Shown here: positions 12,562 through 26,900 of the stretch, piece by piece
How positions within the stretch are numbered: position 1 is the first letter of the stretch
How the letters are laid out: every line of letters begins with the position of its first letter
Assembly: GCA_043228905.1 (NCBI GenBank)
Contig: JBHGNT010000014.1
Span: 8,804,001-8,868,000 of the forward strand
Direction of reading: 5' to 3'
Length of the DNA stretch: 64,000 nucleotides
Source: Azolla caroliniana
Lineage: Eukaryota > Plantae > Polypodiophyta
Program-made: the position numbers and the translations under genes
Notes under the pieces: model-generated
Told to the model about the DNA's origin: nothing
The model's input: the letters and a program-made list of their open reading frames with translations, nothing else
The model's database searches: none

Positions 12562-15500
12562 AAATACTCAAGAGGAAGCAAAGAGCCGCAGATGATACTT
12601 CATTCATGTCAAGAGGTAACGTTGCCAACTATGCTTATTCGGCTACAAGTACTAGCAACACAAATACTCTTGCCTCTACACCAGAATGGATAATTGATTC
12701 TGGTGCATCTAGGCATGTGACAAGTAATGCTAGTGAATTCTCCTTGTATAGCCACTTAGCAATGGTAGAGAGCATTCAAATTGCTGATGGTACAACACAA
12801 CCTGTAGTTGGCATAGGTACAGTGAAATGTACCGACTCTGTGACATTGTCTAATGTGTTGCATGCTCCTTCTTTCCCAGCAAACCTATTATCCATAAGTT
12901 CTATCATACACCAACTAAAATGTGTTGTTTCTTTTGATATTCCCAAGGTGATATTCCAAGAGAAAGGAATAGGTCGGAGAAAACGAGTTATGAGAACTTG
13001 TTGATACTTTATCACCGATGTATGGGACATACCTCTTATGGTGTTTTGAGTCGGGTGTATCCACACCTTTTTGAAAAGGCTGATAAAACAAAACTTGTTT
13101 GTGATGCATGTGAATTTGGTAAGCTTACTAAAAGCTCATATGCTAGTCAGGTCATAGGAGTTCCCATGCATTTGATGTAACACACTCCGATGTTTGGGGA
13201 CCATGTTCCACAAGCTCTATTAATGGATATCGATATTTTGTCTCTTTCATTGACTACTTCTCTCGTATGACTTGGTTATATTTAATGAGGAAAAAGAATG
13301 AAGTATTTGCTTGTTTTAAAGATTTTCATAGAGCAGTTCAAACTCAATACAGTGCAGTAGTAAAAGTGTTGAGGTTGATAATGGAACAGAGTATGCTAAA
13401 ATTACATTTAGGGCATACCTCTCAGATCAAGGAATACAACATCAAACTACATGCCCATATACACCAGCACAAAATGGAGTAACAGAGGAAGAATAGACAT
13501 CTTCTAGAGGTAAGAAGAAGCATGAAAAGATTTCTATGAATGTCCTAAAGCAGCTGTGGGGACAGGCAGTTTTGATGGCTGCCGCATTGACCAATAGAAT
13601 GCCCCTTAGAGTATTGGAGTGGAAGTCTCCATGTGACTTGTTGCAAGGGAATAGCTCTGGAATCCTTCCTTTGAAGGTGTTTGGATGTGTGTTTTGTAAA
13701 GGACACTAGACCATCTGTAGGAAAACTTGATCCTAGAGCTGTGAAATGTGTATTTGTGGGATACTCTGCTACACAAAAAGGCTATGTTGGAGTCCAGTAG
13801 AGAAGAGATTATTTGTAAGCATGGATGTGCATTTTAGAGAGTCGGAGCCATATTATAAACAAGAGGTAACTTCACCCTTTGATGACTTAATTGAGACTGA
13901 AAATATAAGGGAAGGAGATAATGGTGAGAGGTTGCTAAAAGTAGGATAAATTCCTTTGCTGATCCCTACATCAGCTTTGAAACAAGTGAGCGTAGGAGAT
14001 AGGGAAGAAGAAGGAAAAGAAGACGAGGAACCTATATGTGTTGGGACTCAAGCTGAGGGGGAGTTAAAGTTCAGTGCCACTTTTGCCATCAAGTTCCATG
14101 TCCCGACTTGCCTCGACTTCTGAAATACCTATAGAACTCTCAAACCCAAAAATCATAGGTGATATGATTTTGTCTCCTTCTCCTATAGAGGTTAGGAGGA
14201 CCTTCTTCAGTAATGTAGGAGTCCCTCTTGATCGTTATGGTTTTCCTCATGATATTGCTTAGTCTATCTCTTATTCTAACACATCAGCTACACATAGACC
14301 ATTCATTGCATCATTAGACTTTGTCACTTTACCCAAGTGTTGGCAGGTTGCTAAAGAAGATCCAAAGTGGAAAGCAGCCATGCAAGAAGAACTTGGAGCT
14401 CTTGAGAAGAACAAAACATGGGAGATTGTGTCACTACCACCAGGAAAGAAGGTGGTTGGGTGCAAATGGGTGTTTACAATAAAACAAACCCCAAAGGGAA
14501 AAATACATCGATACAAGGGACGATTGGTGGCTAAGGGATATAGTCAAACATGTGGTGTTGATTACGATGAGACTTTTGCACCTGTAGCGAAGATGAGAAC
14601 TGTTAGCACACTTATTTCCTTAGCAGTGAATAAGGATTGGAAATTACATCAATTAGATGTAAAAGATGCATTTCTTCATGGAGAGTTGATGGAGGAAGTG
14701 TACATGGATATCCCCCCAGGTTTTGGTACAATTCAAACAGTAGGTAAGGTTTGCAGACTAAGGAATTTGATCTATGCACTAAAGCAATTTGCTCGAGCCT
14801 GGTTCCATAGGTAAAGAAGGGCTATGGTTTGTATGGGATACCAACAGATGAATGCAGACCATACAGTGTTTTTTCGACAACACAAGGAGCATACTACATT
14901 ACTTGTTGTGTATGTGGATGATATAATTATCACGGGTAACGATGAAGGAGAAATTGCGCAACTGAAGGTGAAATTGGGTAGAGAGTTTGACGTGAAGGAT
15001 CTAGGATTGCTACTATACTTTCTTGGAATTGAGGTAGCTCGTGGAGCAGAAAGAGTTGTTCTATGTATTAGATCTTCTCACAGAAACTGGAATGTTGGGT
15101 TGTAGGCCCGTAGCTTCTGATTGGGCCAGTTGTGCTGATGATAGGAAATCCACATCAGGATATTGCATGTTTGTTGGGGGCAATCTGGTCTCTTGGAAGA
15201 GTAAGAAACAATCAGTAGTAGCAAGGTCAACAGCTGAAGCAGAGTATAGAGAGCTATTGTTGTAGGAGTTGCGGATATGTTATGGCTGAGAACTCTCCTA
15301 GTAGAACTAAAGGTGAATCAAAAAACTCAGATGATGCTATGGGGTGACAATAAGTCAGCAATCAACATTGCCAACAATCTGGTACAGCATTACAGGACCA
15401 AGCACATCAAAATCAATAGATTCTTTATCAAGGAGAAGCTTGATAATGGAATATTAAAATTGAGTAATGTTTCTATTGAACATCAAGTAGTAGATTGTCT

Positions 15501-15772
15501 TACAAAGGGACTTGGGCTAGTAGTAAGTCTTACGAGATTGTGTGACAAGATGGGCTTAGTGGATATTTTTTCACCCATCTTGAGGGGGAGTGTTGAGAAT
15601 GATTAAAAGTTATAACAGCTAGCCCAACGGCCAGATCTTGGCCTTTATAAGGAGGAACTTTCTCCTCATGTAAATATGAGCGATCTCTGTATTTTCTCCC
15701 TCCTGTTGTGACATACCAATGTATATTATTGAACAAATGTGCTTTCTCATTTTTCTATTGAAGCAAAACTCA
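12562..15772 (+). mobile_element. Degenerate Ty1/copia element 4 (protease-integrase-RT-RNase H, PPT, 3' LTR)
   Basis: WIIDSGASRHV, CDACEFGK, YVDDII, ARSTAEAEY; PPT TGAGGGGGAG 15581-15590, then an LTR from TGTTGAG at 15591 to about 15772. Confidence 0.88.
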
Positions 15773-16885
15773 TTTTCCATTTAGAACGGTTTGCACAAGT
15801 GAACTATCTGGTATCATTTCATCAGCAGAAATTAATTGTTCCTTTAAATCTTTGATTTTCGTAAGAAAGCTGTCCATAGAATCACGTTCGTTCATGTGCT
15901 CACTCTCCAACTGTTTTTGGAGATAAGCAACACGAGCGTCATTTCTTTCTTGGTACAAAGTGGTAAGAGTATCCCAAGCATCCTTTGCTGTCTTGCAAGA
16001 ACGAATATGGGGAATAATGGCACGTTTCACAGACAAAGCTATCAAAGCATGTGCTTGAGCATCTCTGCCATCCAAACGAAGTTGCTCTGCATTTGGTACA
16101 ACAGAAACTGCAGCATCAGCATGAGTAGGATGATCAACATCCTTGACAGAATCAGTACCATCAACGTTTGTGTTCTCAACAACAAGACGTTTTTCAACCC
16201 CCTGAACGACATTCCACAACCCCTTTGCTACTAATACATGGCGCATCATATAAACCGAGAGAGGGTAATTTGTTCCATCCAATTTATCCTCAACAACAAG
16301 CATTCGAAATACATCATTGCTCTCAGCCATGGCCGTTGACTAAACACGTTTTGATGCAAAAAAGGGACTCCTGAATGAATAAAAGGGAATAATGTACCTC
16401 TTTGACTTGGAAGATGAACCATCGAAGAGAAAAGGAAGCAAATCTGATTACTGTGCAACAACCGCACAGAAGAGGGTTGTAGGAATGTCGTAGAAGACTC
16501 AAGGAGGCTTTTAGTAGGATTGAATCGACTTGGAAGCAGAAAAAAAACACAACTGAAACTGCAGAGAAAGAAAACACGCAAAAATTGTTTTGCAACAGCA
16601 GAAAATGCCACCATAGATGGCACAGAAGAACTGCGTATGGGGTCCGTCGCCTTGTTGTTCTCTCATTGCGTTGCTGCTCAAAAGTCGCTTAGTTGCTCTG
16701 ATACCATTGTTGGGTTCTTGTTTTGAATCCCTAAAAAAACTTTTACACTTTACGGTTATGAGAGTATTTATAGACGGGGAAAAAGCCTCCTAAAGAGGGA
16801 AAAAATGCCCTGTGGTCCTAAGTGTGTTCACACACATCACTGTCCTAAGTGTGTTCACACATAGCACTGCCAAAATATGTCAACA
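15773..16885 (-). mobile_element. Truncated Ty1/copia element 5 (5' LTR, PBS, gag)
   Basis: LTR about 16708-16885, PBS TGGTATCAGAGC (16695-16706, - strand), gag ORF KLDGTNY...AKDAWDTL at 15770-16330. Confidence 0.85.
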
Positions 16886-16999
16886 TAACAGGTGGCTGGT
16901 CATGCTGAAATCTAACTCTTTTATGGTCATCTTTTGAGGTATAATTGTTTTGAAGCAGCCACACCATAAAGGTCAGATTCGCATCTGACCTTTAGGCAA

Positions 17000-17711
17000 T
17001 CGCAGTATAGAACAGTAAGCTCCTTCTTAATACCCAAAATTTCTTGAATTAAGCACTTGTGTACTCACCGCCATTGTCTGTACGCAAACATTTCAGTTTT
17101 TTACCTGTTTGGGAGGCACAATTGTTTTGAAGCAGCCTTGCCTCATTGAAAACAACATCCCGGCTGCATATAACCTTCTTGAGCTGGGGTATCCAAATCC
17201 TGTAACCCATTTCGCCGCCTTCACCATATCCAATGAAGAGGCCTTTAATGGACTTGGCGTCAAGTTTGTTTCTGCTCTCAGGCCTTATGTGTACAAAAGC
17301 CTCGCAGCCAAAGACACGTAAGTGATCATATGAAACAAGTTTGCCAGACCAAACCTCTTCAGGGTTGGCAACTTTTAAAGACATGTGAGGGGATCTATTG
17401 CATACATGTACTACAGTTTTGAGTGCCTCTCCCCAAAATCCATGAGGGAGATTAGTGGTGGACAGCATGCATCTCACCCTCTCACAAAGTGTCCTATTAT
17501 ATTGTTCAGCCAGATCATTAGAAGAGGGGCTGTATGGAACAGTAAGCTCTCTCTTAATACCCAAAATTTCACAAAAGTTCTTGAATTCAGCACTTGTATA
17601 CTCACCACCATTATCTGTACGCAAACATTTCAGTTTTCTACCTGTTTGGGCGGTCACAAATGCATGAAAATGCTTAAACGCAGCAAAGGCTTCATCCTTA
17701 GATTTAAGCAA
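17000..17711 (-). mobile_element. Copia integrase fragment related to element 3
   Basis: ORF 17049-17711 LKCLRTDNGGEY...FWGEALKT closely resembles 8484-9707; about 110 bp is locally duplicated. Confidence 0.85.
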
Positions 17712-18142
17712 TTGAACCCAAATTTATCTGACTTGAGAATCTTATGTTTATTGCTAACCGGATGCTTTCGTCATGTTCATTATTTTTACTTTTTTACATT
17801 TATTTTGGTTCGTTCTCAAAAGCAAGACAATATTTTAAGATGTATAATCTCTGTTTTGGTGTTGTAGGACATTTGGCCTGTTAAAGAGATGTTACATCTT
17901 TCTTTCTTTCCATTGTTCTACCACTTTAACTCATAATGTCCCTAGGCATATTTTATCCCTTTCCTTTCGTAAATGTATTTATAACAAACTTCACCCTTTT
18001 CTTTTCTTTTGTTTAAAGGTTTTGACCTTCACAAAGACATATAGTTCTTGTTTAGTTTATTATTATTTTGCTGCTGCTGCAGCTAGCCTCTTTGGCACCC
18101 TACTATTATTCATAACAGTTTTCTCACATATCAGTTTGCATC

Positions 18143-18549
18143 TGTAAAGAATCTGATATGATTCTGTGCAGCGGAAGGGATGTGTGTGGAAAGAGGAGAG
18201 GAGAAAAACACAAGATAGACGAGCAATGAAGTACTCAAGAAGAAGATGTATATTAACAAGGAGAATATTTAGTACAAAAAATGTAGCATTACAAAGAGCA
18301 ACAACCGACACTCTATGAGGTAGGAGGAGGGTGCTTTATATAAGGTCACCCTCTCTCTTCATTAAACACACACTCTCGAAGCTCATGGGTCATGGGGCAT
18401 GTGGAACTCATTAGTTATGTTGCATAGAATATGATTCTATGACACATAGTTAATGTGTAGAAAGTAGTGGCTAATTTTGACCTTTGAATGTTCATACATT
18501 CTCAAAGGTGTGTTCGCACACTAGTCTAGGTTGAGCTTGATTCTCAACA
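18143..18549. repeat. Solo LTR (407 bp)
   Basis: TG...CA ends with 5-bp TSD GCATC at 18138-18142 and 18550-18554. Confidence 0.8.
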
Positions 18550-19013
18550 GCATCTTTCTATTCTTTTCCACTTTGGGCATGAAATGTCAATGAAAATCGA
18601 AGACCAATCACGTCTCAATTGACTTACAGCCAACATGATAAAAAAATAGGATGATTGACCATCTGATATCCATAAAGAACGGTGTGGCTGATTTTCTTTC
18701 AAAGAACAGCTTTATATAGACTTACAGTAAACCTCTGGACAGCAGCGGAATGGTAAATATAGAGAAGTTTTGAGCAGGGTCAACTAGTTCTTGGATTGCC
18801 ATCTTTCAAGTATGGGGTGGACCAACTTCCTATTTAAAGCTTTGTGATGAGTTTTAGTAGAATTCAAATGTTGCGAGAAATTTCTGGAAATCATTAAATT
18901 ACTGTGGTTCTGATCTCCTGTACTGAACTTTAGAAGTTAAAATCATCACGTGCTGCGGTGAAAATTTGCAGAGGTTATTGCTTGATATCCTTGGTCTGTG
19001 TTTTGCATTGCAG

Positions 19014-21605
19014 GTGTGTGCTTTACTTGGAGGTGGTGGGTATGCAGAAAAAGTATCTCTGCCAGCTGTACATCTCCTACCCATCCCAAAAGGAGTTTCT
19101 TTATTGGATGCTGCTGGATTTCCTGAAGTTGCATGCACTGTCTGGTCTACTGTCTTCATGACTAGTCACCTGTCGGGCGGTGAAAGCTTCTTGGTAAACA
19201 GTTTTAAATTCCTCAGCAGTTACTCTCTCCTGTTATTGTATTAGGGCTGTACCCTAGTGGTATGTCAATGCTTTACTAATTCAATGTGGAATGTAAGAGT
19301 TAAATGCATGACCTTTTGGTCTCCTAAAACTGTCTGGGCTCTCTGTTAAGATCATATTTTTCTTTTCTTACTCCACTTTGACGAGTTAACATCTGCAGTC
19401 ATAATATTTATTCTTAGGGCTCATACTCTTTGTCAGTCGATTAATTATGCCTCTCTTTAAAAAATGCTAATATACTTTTCTATGTCTCTCCCACATGAAT
19501 CCAGCTTTTATACTCCACAAAAGGTTAGAAATACCATCAATTGGTTACGATTCAAAAACGCCCAAGATCATCATGGATTGTTTAGGGTGCTACTCACCAT
19601 GCACTGCCCTATTTCCAGCATTATGCATTGGCTGCTCATGATATCCAGGTGCATGAACATCTGCTCATCATCTCTGGTAACATTACCACAGGCTGATCAT
19701 GATTGTCAGCCATTTGTGGCTCTACCTGAGAGAGTTTATCTTCACCAATTGCTATTTGGCTCACTATCATCACCGATATGCCTTTTTGTTATGTTTCTTA
19801 GAGGTACTACAAGATTCAAGTAGCTTAATCTCAGTGAAGACAACATCCTGGCTGTGTATAACCTTTTAAACTTTTAAAGCTGAGGTAGACATATTCTATA
19901 ACCCACTATACCATGGAAGATGCCTTTACCAGATTTTTTATCAAGTTTATTTCTGACCTCATGTCTAACATGCACAAATGCATCACAACAAAAGATGCAT
20001 AGATGGTCATATGAGGCTGGTCTGCCTGACCGAACCTCCTCAGAGATGTTACTAATAAACAATGTATGAGTGGGACTATTGCATATTCATATTTGGATTT
20101 TAATAGAAGAACAGAAGAAAACTATGCTTTCCATTGTGCTGTTTCTTATGAAATAAGAGGGAGATACCATTGCCTCTTCAAAAATAGCTTTGGCCTTTCA
20201 CAAATATTAAGACTAATGGTGCTAGGACTGAAGCAAGTAGTAGAATGAAAACACTACAACCACAATAGCCCATCAGCAAAGAACCATTGAAACTTTTAGA
20301 ATGATCAATGATCAACACCAGACTGTCAATTTATCCGCACATGTATGTTTGAAGTACTAGTAGTGTTAGGTATAATCAGTCATCAACCCCAAACTATCCC
20401 CAGATGTATTCTTAGAGCTCACAATGTTTATGATGTGAGAGCATGTGTGTTATACAGTGCCCATTGAGTGAAAGTTTGACATCATATGAAGATGAGTTAG
20501 AGGAAACTTGTTGTCTACTTGAACACTTGTTAATCACTGCATTAATTCCATCTTGCATAGGTTCATGGAGGTTCCAGTGGCATTGGAACTTTTGCAATCC
20601 AAATGGCAAAGTATATGGGTGTACGAGTATTCTGTACAGTAGGTAAAGAGAGTGAGGGTTTTGTTTTCAAAAGTAGTATTTGATTGTTATTAGTTGATGA
20701 CTATTCTGTCTGTGGCAGGGAATGAGGAGAAGCTGCAATATTGCAGGAGTTTAGGGGCAGATGTTGTCATTAACTACAAAGAAGATGATTTTGTCAAACG
20801 TGTAAAAGAAGAAACAGGAGGGAAAGGTAGTATAACTTGTTACAAGTTTACATGGTGCTACAAAGATTCTCCCAGAATCTGCTAATCCAACCTTTCTTCT
20901 CAGGTGTAAATGTCATTTTAGATAACATAGGAGCATCTTATCTTGAAAGGAACCTGGATGCTTTGAGTGTTGATGGAAGACTCTTCATCATTGGGTTTCA
21001 GGGCGGTGCAAAAGCAGAGCTGAATCTTGGGCCAATCCTTGTAAAACGGCTTACCATTCAAGGTGTTCTTAGTTTGGCTCACTGTATCAGTGTGTATAAG
21101 ATAATGTACACCCAGTATTTATATTTCTTATATGCTAAACACTTCTATGAAGCAAGTAGACAACCATGATTTCCTGTATCATGGTTGAGAGGAAGAGGAA
21201 ACATTTCATCTTTTTTCCTTCAGGCTTATATGTTAGTGTGGAAATCTCATTACACATACATGTGGTATGCGTGTATATATGTATATTTCTCTATTTGTAT
21301 TACTATGTAAAGTCTGGTCATATGTACATATATTTCTCTGTATATCTTATTGTATTTGAAAAGACTAACAAGGTGTATTCTATCTAAAGGTTTCCCTTTG
21401 ACATGCAGCGGCAGGTTTGCGTAGCAGAAGTGTGGAGAACAAGGGCCAGATAGTTCAAGAGATTCGCACTCATGTCTGGCCTGCCATAGAAAGTGGAAAA
21501 GTGAAGCCTGTCATTTACAAATCTTTTCCATTAGCTGAAGCAGCAGATGCTCATAGGCTCTTGGAATCTAGTCGACATATAGGAAAGATCTTGTTGACAG
21601 CTTGA
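19014..21605 (+). CDS. NAD(P)H quinone oxidoreductase, PIG3-like (MDR/zeta-crystallin family); 5' exon(s) outside window
   Basis: GT-AG exons in frame: 19014-19193 ([27 protein letters not shown]), 20561-20642 ([14 protein letters not shown]), 20719-20826, 20904-21062 and 21409-21605 (..HIGKILLTA*). Confidence 0.93.
19874..20062 (-). mobile_element. Intronic copia integrase remnant
   Basis: Translates as [26 protein letters not shown], similar to element 3. Confidence 0.7.
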
Positions 21606-21970
21606 TATGTTGGAGATAAGTTGAACTCCATAGAAATAAATTTCCGTTGTGTACATGAAATAGATTTTAATAAGCAATAGTATATATTAGAACTTGAGTT
21701 TAGCTCAAAACTTAGCCTTTTACTTTTGGTTGTGTATATTTGAATACTATGGAAATGTTTTTATTAACAAGGGTTTAATACACATTGTATGGTATAATCG
21801 TACAGTTATGCATGTTTGAAAATGCTGACAATTGATCATACGAGGAACCATTTGCTTTCAAGAACTTGTTCTTATTTGAGAATGATTTGATAATTATGAT
21901 TGGTGTTGAGATGTTGGATTAATTATCTTCATATTCTGATGATGATTGGTGATGTCCACTGATTAATGCA

Positions 21971-22407
21971 TGTAAATGTATGCATTTTGTGAATTGCTGG
22001 ATTAATTGGGCAATGTCCGAATGTTAATTGATTAGCAATTGAATATTGGAGTCATTAGCAAAGAGGATAGCTACTAAATGTGTTGACTGGGATGGAATTG
22101 GAATGATTACTGAAATCAAGTGATTAGTGAGATTCATGGTGGGCTTGAGTAGTTAATTAGGGAATTATGTAGCGATTATCAAGAAAATCAATGACCAAAT
22201 GGAATGGTGGATGGTAAAGGTGGAGGGAAATGTAATTAGTGATTGATTAAATTTAGATGAAGTTAATAAGTTTGTGGATCACTATAATATAGGCTCCGAG
22301 TAACATAATAGATGTATTAGGAATTGTATATAATAAAGTAAACAGGTATAAAACAGTTTAGAAAAAAAATTCATGAATTTTATTCACAAAATTTGTGGTC
22401 GTTTACA
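21971..22407. repeat. Solo LTR (437 bp) with 4-bp TSD TGCA
   Basis: TGTAAA...TTTACA inverted ends; TGCA at 21967-21970 and 22408-22411; internal TATAATA and AATAAA. Confidence 0.65.
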
Positions 22408-22531
22408 TGCATTTTCAATTGCACTTTAGTTGGACAAAAGTGAACTTATTTTGTCTGATCGATATTGTCATTGATCAAAATTCCCTTGGATCCTTACCAC
22501 TTGAACTCGACTATAAGATGCATTAATGCAT

Positions 22532-22815
22532 GATATGGTTCAGATAGATTTGGGTTTTAAAATCGCAATGTTAGGGAATTTGGATCTTAAACCTTTTTCT
22601 TTGATACTTCATGCCCCCTCCCCTCCATATAGCCATATAAAACAATGAGATGAAGAATTTCTGACATAGTCTTGCATTTAATTTGCGATATGGTTCACAT
22701 AGATTTGGTGTTTAGAATGTTGCAACGTTAGGGAATTTTAATCTTATAATTTCTCGTTGATAATTCATGCGCCACCCCCATATACCCATATAAAACAATC
22801 AGATGAAGAATTGCA
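22532..22815. repeat. Diverged direct repeat, about 155-bp unit x2
   Basis: GATATGGTTCA.ATAGATTTGG...CCATATAAAACAAT.AGATGAAGAATT starts at about 22532 and about 22687. Confidence 0.7.
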
Positions 22816-23997
22816 GACACAACCTTTGTTATTGTTATGTATCTACTAACATTGCTCTTCAGTGATGGCGGTTTCTGATGAATCTCATCCCTAACTTTCA
22901 GGATATATATTTACATACAGAGCATAAAAAAATTATTTCCTGTGGGAACATATTTCTTCGTTACTTCATTCAGAAGCATGGACCTATACTGATGCAAAGT
23001 TTAAATCAAGCTTGGCTTATTATCTTGATTCAGATTTCTGGGATATTTCGTGCCCCCGGTGCAATAAATCTTAATCTTTGCTATGAAGAAAATCTCCCAA
23101 ACTTATAGCCGATGGTTTCTTTCATATTAACATAAGATCTTAATTACATTCTCGGTTTAATATGCTAGAAGACGTTATGGGGCAGTTCACATGACAGTAT
23201 TCACACTCCAACCAGGAGACATTAACATACGTACTTCCCAATCCCAAGTAATACTAGCGCATTATATAAAGACATCAACGATCAAGGTTAAACTTGCACT
23301 ATTGATGCTGTCATATGCCTTGTGTGTAAATTTTAGGGTTGAAAATTAAAAGCTTTTATAGGAACGGAGTCTGTCAATTTTTATACCTTTGAAAGAGGCA
23401 GAGGGAATGGGCATATTGCAACGTTGCATGTAGGTCGCCAAGTTCATGGAAAAGCTTAAAGTATTAAACATTGTGTAAAGCTAGCTGGAGCTTGGAGGTT
23501 CCACATTCAACCCCATCACCAACTAGTACATTAGACCAAGATCCAAAAGGTCAAGAATGTAGACCCATTACTAGGAACCTACAAAAGCAACCTCTTGACT
23601 AGGAGAATACATGCTTTAACATCTCCGAACAAACAATTCAAATACACATTAAACAGAAAATCAAAGTTCTTCCAATTTGAAAGCAGACCTGATAGTGATA
23701 ATAATCATAGCATGACTGCGCCTAAGTCTCATGCTCAACTATGTTACATAGCAAGTAAGACAATTTACATCATATCATGCCAACAATGTAAAAACAACCA
23801 ATAGATCATGAATACACATTGGCATTGAAATCGTTCCCACCATCTGGGCATGTAAAAATGCATTTCCAAGATATATAAGATACAGCTTCAAAGTAGCATG
23901 GGATTTGCCTCAACAAATCAAGCTTGTGCAGAAATAATGATTACACTTTTAGACACTGGGATTTGATTAAGAAAGTCCACTTGCTGTTTTTGCCTTC

Positions 23998-26900
23998 TTA
24001 TTTGGAGATTGGAAGATTCTGGAAGAGTTCAGGCATATGAGCATTCGTAAGCTTAGTTCGTTTGGTGAAGTTCCGTTGCTTCTTGGCCTTCGGCTTCTTT
24101 GGCTGTACACCTTGCACTGCTGCAGCTGCCTTCCGCTTCACTGTATTTGTTGCAGGTTTCATGCCAGCTTTCTGGAGTTCTCTCTCTACATCAACAAATT
24201 CCCTTGGTTTCTCAATACCTCTAAAAAGGTCTTTCACATCGTCATCCACCTTAATCTGAACTTTTGGGTCATTGGGGTAAGCAATGTCTTCTTGTGAATC
24301 ACTGTTCATTAACAACCAAACTTGGCCACTTGCTTTAAGATCCTGCAAAACATCACAAAGAATTGCATGAGACAAAAATTTCTTTAACCCAAAACTTCAA
24401 ATGTGCAAAAAAAAATTATGTACCTGCAAATCCTTAAGTATGCCTGGATAGGCATCTTTAAGATCTCCTGTAGGAACACCTTCTGGAACCTTCCGAATCA
24501 AAAACAGCAAATCTTGCTTGGACTTCAAATCATGCTTCGACTGCAAGTCATAATGATAGTTTCAAAAGACCAAACTGGAGAAAAACAAAAAGTCAAATGA
24601 GTAGATGACAATGATCTAGAGTCTGGACCTTGTAGGAGAACCGCTGCCCATCAAAGGACACCTTAACATTGTTCTTCAGGCTGTCAAAAACGTCTTTGTT
24701 TCTTTTCACGTCCACAAAACACGTATCTTCAATCTCCTCGGGGGTCAAAGCTTGCCTTGTCTAAATAAAAGAAGGAAAAACATGATCACCCCACATTCTT
24801 GATAAATTTTCTGAAATAATACCTTTGCATCATATATCACTGAACAACTGCATTGAGCAACTACCACCTTGCCTATATCTAAAACGTGCATAAAACATAT
24901 TGAGTTTCTTTACAGATTGGAAAGCAACTACCTCAGTACTTAATGAACATCTAACTTACATATAAATAAACGCAGGCCGAAATCTCAATATAAATCAGAG
25001 TTTTTCCACTTTTCATATTGTGCAACAGGAAAGTATGAAGTTAACAAATTATACTGTCTTCAAGCTCTACAACTAAAAGCAAGCAAAGAAACTGTGATAC
25101 ATAAGAACTTCTTTGTTTTTCAGATTTGTCTGAAAAAAAAATGCAATTGACCTTTACCAGCCAACATTTGACTTGCTCACAACTAGAAGCATGCATGAAT
25201 TGTAATTTATCAGAGATCAAAGAACATGGAATTCATTAATTTGATTTGTTGCTGTAAGCCAAAAGAACTCTTGACCATAGTCAGAAGAGCAGATGATTGA
25301 GAAGTTAATGCATTGGCTTTTCTAGCCATTAAGGTTACTAAACCTATGTATAAAAACAAAGAGTAACCTGCGTAGAGCAAACTAAGGTTATTGAATTAGT
25401 TTAAGCCATCTGTTATATCTGTATCTTGGGGTAGGAGCACAGGTACTAACATCTCCATTGTATCATCCCTCTGTTGTAATCATACTTAAGACGCTCTGTC
25501 ATGTATATAACTTATGTTGCATCCACTGTACCTTAGTATCATTTGGTCTAATTTTGCAGTTCCTACCTGAGGGAAGTCCAAGACAACCTACATCTAGTCC
25601 AGCTCATACAGACACTGGTGGTTGTGAGGTATTGTCTGCATCCTATAGCGACTTTTTTAAGGAAAATGATATTGAGATTCCTGATTCCCATTGAAAACAA
25701 AAAATTCTACAGATTCTAAAACTTTCATGATGCATTCAAATTCCAAAAATAGCCTATTTACGAAGTATCGTTTCTTGAAGGAAATGACAGTTGAAATTGA
25801 AATTTAGAAAGACTGTTAAAAGTTGCATAATACTACCAAAGATATTCTATAATATTTCCATATGAATATAATAATACAATACAGGTAGTGTGACATATAC
25901 ATTATGTACACATACACATACACATATACATTATACACATACACGTATACATATCCATATCCATATCCTTATATACATATCCATACACGTATCCACATAC
26001 ATATACATATCCACCAGATCCATATCAATATCCACCTACATATCCCTATGCATATCTGTATACCTATGCGTATGCATCTATCATTTCGACTCTACTAATA
26101 GAATAACGATAATATTGTTTTATGAGAAAATTAACAGAGTTACAGTGGACCCTCTTATATCATTTGGATGTATCCTCCACGTGACTCTAATGTTCATTTT
26201 ATACTGCACCTTTCTCTCGCAAATCTCACACACATTGGCAAACTCTATTAAATACTCCTTCAATTCTCAATAAAGGTTTAATCATGGCATTGCAACAATC
26301 CAGCCCTTTCCTCGGTTAAGCTTTCACATTTATGATTACTTGAGGACCAACAGGCAAGAACAGTCATTCACTCTCAGTTTGGACCCATGTATGAAGCCAA
26401 AGTGCTAATACGCAACAGCTTTTAAATACTGAAGGCCTTGAGTTCAACATTAACAAATTATCACAAATTGACTTCCAAAACCATTTCATTTAATAACCCT
26501 TTATGTGAGAATGGCAATTCATTTTATAGCCCTTCCTACAAATTTGGGAATTGATGATTTTTAATTTCTTACGCTGGGAAAGATGTATGCATTCTCTTCT
26601 TCATAGGATGGCATGTTAAATATAGCTTTTGAAAAAACAACTAGGGTGCCCTTCATTTTATAGCCCTTTCAACAAAAATGGGTGATAGTATTTCCAAGAA
26701 ACATCATGTTTCAGTTTCTACAGAATCAGAAGGCGCAAGTAAATTTTCATATAACATATACATATAGCTGTATGAAATTGGATTTCCTCAGAGCCACTTT
26801 GTGTTCTATGCTCTTTTATCCTCAAATCCTGGCGATAAATCACACCCAGCTCTATATCATATTCAGACTATCTCAGTGTCAGACCAGCTAACAAGCAAAT

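Noticed and set aside
16968-16993. Small hairpin AAAGGTCAGA-TTCGCA-TCTGACCTTT
   Set aside because: It is a 10-bp stem in decayed TE sequence that could arise by chance or repair fill-in.
25890-26273. His/Ile- or Tyr/Thr-rich ORFs
   Set aside because: They are translations of an intronic microsatellite.
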